Shown here: positions 1-6,845 of the stretch, one piece after another
How the letters are laid out: each line of letters begins with the position of its first letter
Numbering within the stretch: the first letter of the stretch is position 1
DNA from: Candidatus Aenigmatarchaeota archaeon
GTDB taxonomy: Archaea; Aenigmatarchaeota; Aenigmatarchaeia; QMZP01
Assembly (NCBI GenBank): GCA_039091855.1
Contig: JAWCLA010000001.1
Span: forward strand, 1-13,256
Direction of reading: 5' to 3'
Length of the DNA: 13,256 nt
Made by a program: the position numbers and the translations under genes
The notes under the pieces: generated by a model
Seen by the model: the letters and a program-made list of their open reading frames with translations, nothing else
Database searches by the model: none
What the model was told of the DNA's origin: nothing

Positions 1-57
1 ATTGGTCAGAATTGGCTTCTTGTTGCGCTTGAAGATGTTTTTAGATTGACGGCTTAA
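1..57 (+). CDS. Possible 3' end of an upstream gene (...IGQNWLLVALEDVFRLTA*), product unknown
   Basis: Frame 1 is open from the window edge to TAA at 55-57 and reads like protein. It is too short to identify. Confidence 0.3.
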   Translation: MGQNWLLVALEDVFRLTA

Positions 58-450
58 GCCAATTTCATAAAGCCGTCCTTCCAAATCATGTCCCTGATAC
101 TATTCTCTATTGTTGGGAGGAGGTTCATGCATAGGTATATGGTGGTTTTACTGCATATAACTATGCTCCCAACATTATTATGTTAACAGTCTCGCTAATC
201 TTACACTTTAACTTAAACCCTTCCAAGGTAAGCACCAAACCAAGAAATACCATTTTTCTATATAAACTTCAACAGCTAGTGTTATTTCCTTAGAGAAAGT
301 CTTTTATTTATTTTTATTTTATGATTCATATTTTTTACAGCATTTTGGTATATGCTACGAGAAATCAAAAGTCCAGCTGATGTACCATTTAGTCCCATCT
401 ACAAACCCATTCTCAAATTCCAGATTAAGTTCGCAGAACTCCGAACATAA

Positions 451-458
451 TTTAAATA
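451..458 (+). promoter_or_regulatory. Putative TATA box (TTTAAATA) for the ferredoxin-GGR unit
   Basis: Matches the archaeal TATA consensus and ends 27 nt before the ATG at 485. No SD motif precedes the ATG, consistent with a leaderless mRNA. Confidence 0.5.
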
Positions 459-484
459 TCCCGTTCAACTATATTTAGATTTTT

Positions 485-664
485 ATGATAAAGACAGATT
501 CCAAAAAATGCCTGAGGTGCAGCGGCTGCGTGGCTGTATGCCCGAGGTCAGCCCTCACACTGACAGAGCACGGGATTGTCTGTAACAACAGGTGCAACAA
601 CTGCAAGATTTGTATCAACTTCTGCCCTGTTGGGGCGATAGCTCTTGTGGGTGAAGGAAAATGA
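485..664 (+). CDS. 2x[4Fe-4S] dicluster ferredoxin, 59 aa (not in the ORF track)
   Basis: Manual translation: MIKTDSKKCLRCSGCVAVCPRSALTLTEHGIVCNNRCNNCKICINFCPVGAIALVGEGK. It has two CxxCxxCxxxCP motifs. The stop overlaps the next start (ATGA, 661-664), and a GGTGA SD-like motif precedes 661. Confidence 0.95.
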   Translation: MIKTDSKKCLRCSGCVAVCPRSALTLTEHGIVCNNRCNNCKICINFCPVGAIALVGEGK

Positions 665-1845
665 AAGAGAGTTATGACATTGTAATTGTGGGTGGTGGAC
701 CTGCGGGCTCTTCTGCTGCAATGACTGCCGCAAGGGCAGGATTAAAAGTCCTTATGGTTGAGAAAAGGGCTGAGATAGGCTCTCCAAAAAGGTGCGGTGA
801 AGGGCTTTCAAGATCAGCACTGGAGAGGATGGGTCTTGATAAGGATGATGTGTGGGTGCGAAGGACAATATTGGGGGCCAGTGCCTACGCGCCAAACGGA
901 AAGAAGATAACTGTTGATTACAGGGGCCCTGAGGGATGGGTAATAGAAAGAAAGGTTTTTGACAAGTGGCTAGCGAAAAAAGCCGTTGACGCAGGGGCAA
1001 GGGTTTTGTCAAAGACTGACGCTGTTTCTCTGACAAAGAATAACGGGAAGGTTTCAGGCGTGACGCTTGAGTCAAACGGGAAAAGGTGGGACGTTGAGGC
1101 AAAGATTGTTATAGCGGCAGACGGGGTGGAATCAAAAATCGCAAGGGAAGCGGGAATAGACACAACAATAAGGCTTGCTGATATTGCCTCAAGCGTCCAG
1201 TTCGAGATGGCTGGAGTAAACATAGACCCTGACAGGATTGAGCTGTATTTCGGGAATGAGATTGCTCCTGCCGGCTACGCCTGGATATTCCCCAAAGGTG
1301 AGAAGGAAGCGAATGTTGGGGTTGGTGTCAGGAAGCCTTGGGCAAAAAAGACAGCACTTGAATACCTTACGGATTTTGTAAATTCCCGCCCTGGACTGAA
1401 AGACGGCTCTATCATTGAGGTTAATGCAGGCGGTGTTCCTGTTGGGGGGCTGATGGAAGATATGGTTACAGACAACTTTATGGTTGTAGGGGATGCCGCA
1501 CACCAGGTTAATCCTATACACGGCGGGGGAATAGGGGAATCGTTTGTGGCTGGAAGGATTGCGGCCCAAGTGGCTATAAAGGCAATCCGAAAGGGCGACT
1601 GCTCCAAAAAATCCCTTTCAGAGTATAACAAGCTGTGGTGGAAGGAGAGGGGAGAAAAGCTTCAAAGGCTTGTTAAGCTCAGGGAGGTTATGGAGTCCCT
1701 TTCTGACGAGGAGCTTAACTGGCTCGCAGGATACCTCACGGGAGAGGACCTGGTGGAATTCGCGCGCGCCTCAGGACTAAAGAAGCTTGGAATGATCCTG
1801 ATGAAGAAGCCCAAACTAATAAGATTGGCTAAAAAGCTGTTCTGA
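661..1845 (+). CDS. Geranylgeranyl reductase family FAD-dependent oxidoreductase (digeranylgeranylglycerophospholipid reductase-like)
   Basis: GGGPAG FAD-binding motif, KRCGEG, RKVFDKWL, ADG, PAGYAWIFP (PxxYxWxFP) and GDAAHQVNPIHGGGI (PxxGGG). At 394 aa it is a typical size for archaeal GGR. Confidence 0.92.
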   Translation: MKESYDIVIVGGGPAGSSAAMTAARAGLKVLMVEKRAEIGSPKRCGEGLSRSALERMGLDKDDVWVRRTILGASAYAPNGKKITVDYRGPEGWVIERKVFDKWLAKKAVDAGARVLSKTDAVSLTKNNGKVSGVTLESNGKRWDVEAKIVIAADGVESKIAREAGIDTTIRLADIASSVQFEMAGVNIDPDRIELYFGNEIAPAGYAWIFPKGEKEANVGVGVRKPWAKKTALEYLTDFVNSRPGLKDGSIIEVNAGGVPVGGLMEDMVTDNFMVVGDAAHQVNPIHGGGIGESFVAGRIAAQVAIKAIRKGDCSKKSLSEYNKLWWKERGEKLQRLVKLREVMESLSDEELNWLAGYLTGEDLVEFARASGLKKLGMILMKKPKLIRLAKKLF

Positions 1846-1859
1846 TTGACGATAATTCC

Positions 1860-1867
1860 TTTATTAA
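1860..1867 (+). promoter_or_regulatory. Putative TATA box for SRP RNA (TTTATTAA)
   Basis: AT-rich box 22-29 nt upstream of the predicted SRP RNA 5' end at about 1889. Confidence 0.6.
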
Positions 1868-1888
1868 TACTTCGTTTAACCTAATTAT

Positions 1889-2201
1889 GTAGGACTAGGC
1901 CGGGGTGCTCGGCGTACCCTGTAACCGCAAACCGTCGACATCACATCATTATTGGTTAATCCTTTAATGATGCGGCGACAAAGGCGGGGCCGAAGCCCGA
2001 GGGCGGCTTGCATTTACATGATGCAGCCCACATTCTCGACTGAGAAGCTTTGTCCTGCAGGACTGCTGTTATGGCGAACCAGGTCAGGGCAGGAATGCAG
2101 CAGCCTTAAGTCATTACAGCCGTGCTTGCAGGGTAGCGAAGCGGAGAAGAGGATGTGGAAACTCGTCATGCACTTGCATTCCCACCGAAGGCACGTCCTA
2201 C
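1889..2201 (+). ncRNA. ffs: Archaeal signal recognition particle RNA (7S RNA), containing a 42-nt putative intron
   Basis: Terminal helix GTAGGAC (1889-1895) pairs with GTCCTAC (2195-2201). The Alu domain reads GGCCGGGGTGCTCGGCGTACCCTGTAACCGCAAACCGTCGA...GCGGGGCCGAAGCC, with the UGU(NR) motif and loop-loop complementarity (UCGGCG/CGUCGA). Helix 8 has the SRP54-binding motif GAACC-AGGTCAGGGCA-GGAA-TGCAGCAGCCT. Helix 5 pairings include CCACATTCTC/GAGGATGTGG and GCTTTG/CGAAGC. Confidence 0.95.
1940..1981 (+). other. Putative bulge-helix-bulge intron (42 nt) in the SRP RNA helix-4 loop
   Basis: 5' strand CC-GTCG-[ACA]-TC and 3' strand GG-CGAC-[AAA]-GG form a 4-bp central helix with two 3-nt bulges. 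There is an internal stem CATCATTA/TAATGATG. Cutting after the 2nd nt of each bulge yields the canonical-looking CCGC-AAACCGTCGACAG-GCGG. Confidence 0.8.
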
Positions 2202-2205
2202 ACTA

Positions 2206-2212
2206 TTTTTTT
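2206..2212 (+). terminator. Oligo-T archaeal terminator after SRP RNA
   Basis: TTTTTTT lies just downstream of the 3' end of the terminal helix. Confidence 0.6.
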
Positions 2213-2237
2213 GTTGATTGACAGGTGTGACAACAGC

Positions 2238-2245
2238 TTATATTT
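2238..2245 (+). promoter_or_regulatory. Putative TATA box for ade (TTATATTT)
   Basis: Located 22-29 nt before the ATG at 2267, with no SD motif. Confidence 0.4.
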
Positions 2246-2266
2246 CTTTACAGGATATCTGATTAT

Positions 2267-3916
2267 ATGTTTTCGGTGAAAGGAAAAATTGTTGACGTGG
2301 TTTCAGGCAAAATAGATGACTCATACCTGCATATAGAAAACGGGAAAATAGTTTCGGAAAAGGGGAAACCTGAAAGGATTTTTGACTTCTCCAGCTTTTA
2401 CATAGTCCCTGGATTCATAGATTCGCACATCCACATAGAAAGCTCTATGATGACCCCTTCCTTCTTTGCAGAATCTGTAATTCCACACGGGACTGCTGCT
2501 GTTGTTGCAGACCCTCATGAGATTGCCAATGTTGCAGGAATAGAAGGCATACAATTCATGATGAAAGATTCAGAAAACTTGCCTGTCAGGGTTTTCTTTA
2601 CAGCCCCGTCCTGTGTGCCAGCAACCAATATGGAAACTTCAGGCGCTGTTATAGGAGCGGATGAGATAGAAAATCTTCTTAAAAATCCCAGAGTGGTCGG
2701 GTTGGGGGAAATGATGAACTTTCCAGGGGTTTTGGGTGAAGATCCTGAAGTGATGAAAAAAATAAAGGCAGCGAAAAAATCAGGGAAGGTCTTGGACGGA
2801 CACTGCCCAGGGCTGAAAGGCAAGGGACTGAAAAAATACGTAAAGGCTGGGTTGCAATCTGATCACGAGTGCACAAGCGTAGAAGAGGCGATTGAGAAGC
2901 TATCTGCAGGAATGTGGCTTATGATAAGGGAAGGCTCTTCAATGAAAAACCTGGAAGCCCTGCTTCCTGCTGTAAATGAAAAGACGTGGAAAAAATGCAT
3001 TTTTGTATCTGACGACATACATCCTGAAACAATATTGAAGGAAGGGCACGTTGACAGGATTCTCAGAAAGGCTGTCTCTCTCGGGCTTGACCCAATAACA
3101 GCAATGAGGATGGTTACACTCAATCCCGCAAAATACTTTTCCCTTGATGAGATTGGCTCTCTTGAGAAAGGGAAATCAGCCACCTTTGCGGTTGTGAAGG
3201 ACTTGAAGGGGTTTGAAGTGCTGGCTTTCTTTGTAAACGGGGAAATGATTTACCAGAAAGGGAAATTGCTTTGCAAAATCAAAAATCAAAACCCTCCTGA
3301 AAAAATCCGCTCATCTGTCAGAATTAAGACGTTCCTGAAAAAGGACCTTATGATTCCTTCAAACTCTGCCGTTAAGGTAAAGGTGATAAAGGTTCCTAAT
3401 GAAAAAACAGAAGCGGTTCTGGGATATGAGAACGGCTTCCTGAAGCCAGACATAGTGAATGATGTTCTGCCTGTTGTTGTTATGGAGAGGCACAAGGCAA
3501 CAGGAAACATTGGAAAGGGGTTTGTGCAGGGCTTTGGTTTGAAATCAGGTGCTTTGGCCTCAACCATTGCCCACGATTCCCACAACATAATCTGCGTCGG
3601 GGCTGATTACGATGATATGGTTTCAGCGATAGACGCTCTTAAAAATTCAGGAGGCGGCATTGTTGCCGTAAAAAACAGGAGAACGATTGCCATTCTGGAG
3701 CTTCCTGTCGCCGGGCTGATGGCACCCGATCCTGCTGAAAAAATAAGAATGAAGCTCGATTTGATACACTCGGCAGCAAGGGAACTCGGCTGCTCGCTTG
3801 AATCCCCATTTATGGCTCTTTCATTTCTGGCGCTTCCAGTTATCCCAAAGCTAAAATTAACGGACAAGGGGCTTGTGGATGTGGAGAGGTTTCAGATAGT
3901 GGATGTAAGGGGTTGA
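2267..3916 (+). CDS. ade: Adenine deaminase (AdeC family amidohydrolase)
   Basis: PGFIDSHIHIESSM, ADPHEIANV, PSCVPAT, GEMMNFPGV, DGHCP, SDHE, REGS, SDD, AHDSHN and LPVIPKLKLTDKGL motifs; 549 aa. Confidence 0.96.
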   Translation: MFSVKGKIVDVVSGKIDDSYLHIENGKIVSEKGKPERIFDFSSFYIVPGFIDSHIHIESSMMTPSFFAESVIPHGTAAVVADPHEIANVAGIEGIQFMMKDSENLPVRVFFTAPSCVPATNMETSGAVIGADEIENLLKNPRVVGLGEMMNFPGVLGEDPEVMKKIKAAKKSGKVLDGHCPGLKGKGLKKYVKAGLQSDHECTSVEEAIEKLSAGMWLMIREGSSMKNLEALLPAVNEKTWKKCIFVSDDIHPETILKEGHVDRILRKAVSLGLDPITAMRMVTLNPAKYFSLDEIGSLEKGKSATFAVVKDLKGFEVLAFFVNGEMIYQKGKLLCKIKNQNPPEKIRSSVRIKTFLKKDLMIPSNSAVKVKVIKVPNEKTEAVLGYENGFLKPDIVNDVLPVVVMERHKATGNIGKGFVQGFGLKSGALASTIAHDSHNIICVGADYDDMVSAIDALKNSGGGIVAVKNRRTIAILELPVAGLMAPDPAEKIRMKLDLIHSAARELGCSLESPFMALSFLALPVIPKLKLTDKGLVDVERFQIVDVRG

Positions 3917-3928
3917 TTACACTAACAT

Positions 3929-3944
3929 AAAAAATTATATTTTT
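3929..3944. terminator. Putative bidirectional T-tract terminator between convergent ade and mtnP
   Basis: AAAAAA-TTATA-TTTTT in the 32-bp gap gives a T-run on each strand. Confidence 0.45.
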
Positions 3945-3948
3945 AATG

Positions 3949-4731
3949 TCATATCTCCGCCCCCTTTAACGCGTCCTTGCAGATGCAGTTCCTTTCCTTT
4001 GGGATTTTTGGTATCACTGCCTCAAGAATCCTCTCTGTGTTTTGTATGTTCTTGCTCATAACCTTTTTTATTTCATCGCAACTAACTGGTTTTTCTGCCC
4101 AGACATCGTAATCGGTAACTGTCGCTATAACCGAAAAGCAGATTTCCCTTTCCCTTGCAAGAATTGCCTCGGGAACGCAGGTCATCCCTATTATGTCGCC
4201 GAACTGCCTGTACATTTTTGAGGCGGAGCGGGTTGAGAATTGCGGGCCCTCTATCCTGATGTATGTGCCTTTTTCGTGGACTGGTATTTTAAGCGAGCGG
4301 GCTATTGAAACAAGGAGCTTGTTCAATTCGGGGCAGAAGGGATCCGCCATCGAGACGTGGTAGAACTTTCCCCCGTCGTAAAAGGTGTGGACCTGCTTAC
4401 CCCAATCTATGAACTGGTCGGGAATCACGACCTCTCCTGCCCTGTATTCTTCCTTAAGGGAGCCCACAGCCGCAAGTGCGATAATTCGCTGGACACCGAG
4501 CTGCTTGAGGGCATAAATGTTTGCGCGGAAGTTTATCCTGTGCGGAGGTATTGTGTGGTTTTTTCCGTGTCTTGGAAGAAGTGCTATTTTCCTTCCTGAA
4601 AAATTTCCTATTGTTATAGAATCCGAGGGGTTTCCGTAAGGAGTTGAAATCCTTGTCTCTTTTTTGCCTTCCATAAGCTCTTTGTTGAAAACGGCTGTCC
4701 CTCCTATTATGGCTATCTCAGCGCTTTCCAT
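3949..4731 (-). CDS. mtnP: 5'-methylthioadenosine phosphorylase (PNP/MTAP family 2)
   Basis: IAIIGGT, TPYG, LPRHG..H..PPH, AVGSL, PDQFID, HVSMADPFC, EGPQFST, IGMT..PEA.LARE, the TDYD 6-aminopurine specificity motif and a C-terminal CxC. Confidence 0.93.
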   Translation of the reverse strand: MESAEIAIIGGTAVFNKELMEGKKETRISTPYGNPSDSITIGNFSGRKIALLPRHGKNHTIPPHRINFRANIYALKQLGVQRIIALAAVGSLKEEYRAGEVVIPDQFIDWGKQVHTFYDGGKFYHVSMADPFCPELNKLLVSIARSLKIPVHEKGTYIRIEGPQFSTRSASKMYRQFGDIIGMTCVPEAILAREREICFSVIATVTDYDVWAEKPVSCDEIKKVMSKNIQNTERILEAVIPKIPKERNCICKDALKGAEI

Positions 4732-4752
4732 GATATTATTGTAGGCGCAAGA

Positions 4753-4764
4753 TTTTTATAAAAA
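4753..4764. promoter_or_regulatory. Palindromic TATA box (TTTTTATAAAAA), probably shared by divergent mtnP and the Lon-like gene
   Basis: A perfect 12-bp palindrome centred about 27 nt from both start codons (4731 on -, 4785 on +). Confidence 0.65.
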
Positions 4765-4784
4765 GAACTCCCATCTTAATTGAT

Positions 4785-5540
4785 ATGAAAATAAAGATTT
4801 TGCTTTTCCTTATAGGAATAATGGTGGGGGCATACATAGGCGGGTTTTTCACTTCCCAGACTGTTTATGTGTATTACTATAATTACACCACACGCGAGGT
4901 TCCCAGAGTACCTGTTGAGATTAATGCCTCAAATGTTTCCTTTGTCTCAATAACAGTTCCTGCAGTAGACCAGGAAGGGAATGGGGTTTCGACAATTCTT
5001 GATGTGCAAATTGCTCCTGGCTCTGGGAAAACGCTCGTCAACGTGGACAAGCTTCTTTTCTGGACTGACACGCAAAACTCAATAAGGACTGCAAAGAAGG
5101 TTGCCGAAGAAGTTACAAACACGAGCCTTGAAAGTTATGACATCATTTACACAATAACTGCAAACGCCTCAGTAATAGAGGGCCCATCTGCAGGCGCTGC
5201 GCTTACTATAGCAACAATCGCGGCCATCCAGAACAGGCAGATAAATTCAAGCGTTATGATTACGGGAACAATAAACCATGACGGTACAATAGGGCCCGTG
5301 GGAGAGATAATAGCGAAGGCTCAGGCTGCAAAGGAGATAGGGGCAGAGCTTTTCCTAGTTCCTCTAAGCCAGTCTGCACAGATTACTTATGAGTCAAGGA
5401 GATACTGCGAAAAGATAGGATTCACGCAGATATGCACGATAGAGCAGATACCCCAAAAGGTTGACGTCTCGGAAAAGGTTGGAATAAGGGTTAAAGAGGT
5501 AAGGACAATACAGGAGGCTCTTGAATATTTCCTGGTATGA
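4785..5540 (+). CDS. Membrane-anchored or secreted S16 (Lon-type) serine protease domain protein without an AAA+ module
   Basis: N-terminal hydrophobic segment; EGPSAGAALT (catalytic Ser); MITGTINHDGTIGPVGEIIAKAQAA (catalytic Lys); LFLVP; several N-x-S/T sequons. Confidence 0.88.
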   Translation: MKIKILLFLIGIMVGAYIGGFFTSQTVYVYYYNYTTREVPRVPVEINASNVSFVSITVPAVDQEGNGVSTILDVQIAPGSGKTLVNVDKLLFWTDTQNSIRTAKKVAEEVTNTSLESYDIIYTITANASVIEGPSAGAALTIATIAAIQNRQINSSVMITGTINHDGTIGPVGEIIAKAQAAKEIGAELFLVPLSQSAQITYESRRYCEKIGFTQICTIEQIPQKVDVSEKVGIRVKEVRTIQEALEYFLV

Positions 5541-6055
5541 AAGCGAAATTTGTTTTTTTGATAGCGCTTTTTGCTGTGTTTTTTGCAGGGTTCATAACAG
5601 GGCTTATAACCAACGAGCAAGAAAAGGCTTTTCAGGAAGAGATGGTTCCGAGTGAAATTCCCCATCTTTCAACAGAAGGCTTTACAAGGGCTTATGTAGA
5701 TACAGGGCCTTCTGTTATATACCTTGTATCGGGTTGCAGGAGGCTGACACTGGTTACAAATGAGATTCAGTCAGAATCTGTTGAAATGGGATTGTCCAAT
5801 ATAACAGGCTTTAGGCCAAACACCCATGATTTGATAAAAAATATAATTGAGAACTACGAAATAAAACCTCTTATGGTAAAGGTTGAATCATTGGCCGAGG
5901 GAACATACTATTCAAAAATCCTGATGATAAGGGACAACAACATCCTGAATCTTGACTCAAGGCCAAGCGACGCGATAGCGATTGCCGTCAGGACAGGAAC
6001 GCCTGTTTACGTGAAGGACGAGCTTTTTGGGCAGGCAGGAGAAAAAATATGCTGA
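5537..6055 (+). CDS. Bifunctional nuclease family (DUF151/BFN) protein with an N-terminal signal or anchor helix
   Basis: RPNTHDL, V..LAEGTYYSKI and LDSRPSDAIAIAVR..PVYV motifs; hydrophobic N-terminus MKAKFVFLIALFAVFFAGFITGLI; ATGA overlap with the upstream gene. Confidence 0.88.
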   Translation: MKAKFVFLIALFAVFFAGFITGLITNEQEKAFQEEMVPSEIPHLSTEGFTRAYVDTGPSVIYLVSGCRRLTLVTNEIQSESVEMGLSNITGFRPNTHDLIKNIIENYEIKPLMVKVESLAEGTYYSKILMIRDNNILNLDSRPSDAIAIAVRTGTPVYVKDELFGQAGEKIC

Positions 6056-6064
6056 GGTGAGGGA

Positions 6065-6814
6065 ATGATTGACATACACGCACATCTATGCTTTCCGCAG
6101 TTTGAGAGGGGCATTGAAAAAATAATTGAAAAGGCAAAGGAGGAGATAGACGGGATAATAGTCTCTTCCACAAGGCTTGAGGAAGGGAAGAAGGTTCTCG
6201 AGCTTGTGAAAAAGCACCCCGGGTTTCTTTTCGCAACACTGGGCTATCACCCAACGGAGGGAACGGATTGCGAAGGCGTTCTGAGGCTCATAGAAGAGAA
6301 TCATAAGAATATAGTAGGGGTGGGTGAGGCAGGGCTTGACTATCACTGGGAAGAGGATCTCAAGAAGAGGGACCAGCAGAAGGTCGTTTTCGAGAAGTTC
6401 ATATCTTTAGCAGAGAGATACAATCTGCCTCTTGTAATTCATTCCTGGGACGCTGAGCCTGACTGCTTCCTGATGGTGAAGAACAGGAATGTAAAATGCG
6501 TTTTCCACTGCTATTCAGGTCCGATAGATCTCGTTAAGCAGATAATTGACAGGGGTTTTTACATATCTATGTCCACGCAGATATGCTTTTCCAAGCACCA
6601 CAAAAAGCTTATAAGAGCTGTTCCTCTCGAGAACCTGCTTCTTGAAACTGATTCCCCTTTCCTTGGTCCTGAAAGGCACATGAACATGCCTTGGAACATA
6701 AAGCTGTCCGCCGAGAAGATAGCGGTTGAAAAGGGAGTAACTAAAGAGGCTGTCCTCTCTGCGGCAAGGGAAAATGCCATAAAGGTTTTCAGTCTGAAAC
6801 TTGGGCAATTCTAA
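6065..6814 (+). CDS. tatD: TatD family metal-dependent nuclease
   Basis: DIHAH, GYHP, GEAGLDY, VIHS, FHCYSG and LETDSPF motifs; GAGGTGA SD motif at 6055-6060 region. Confidence 0.95.
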   Translation: MIDIHAHLCFPQFERGIEKIIEKAKEEIDGIIVSSTRLEEGKKVLELVKKHPGFLFATLGYHPTEGTDCEGVLRLIEENHKNIVGVGEAGLDYHWEEDLKKRDQQKVVFEKFISLAERYNLPLVIHSWDAEPDCFLMVKNRNVKCVFHCYSGPIDLVKQIIDRGFYISMSTQICFSKHHKKLIRAVPLENLLLETDSPFLGPERHMNMPWNIKLSAEKIAVEKGVTKEAVLSAARENAIKVFSLKLGQF

Positions 6815-6845
6815 CCAATTTTAAGCCTTTTTTTAAATTCTGATT

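Noticed and set aside
2033-2046. Hairpin TTCTC-GACT-GAGAA as a candidate SRP helix 6
   Set aside because: It is in the wrong position, has no GNAR loop, and its 5' arm pairs better within helix 5 (CCACATTCTC/GAGGATGTGG).
1952-2221. 89-aa + strand ORF
   Set aside because: It overlaps the SRP RNA gene almost entirely, starts at TTG and has no protein motifs.
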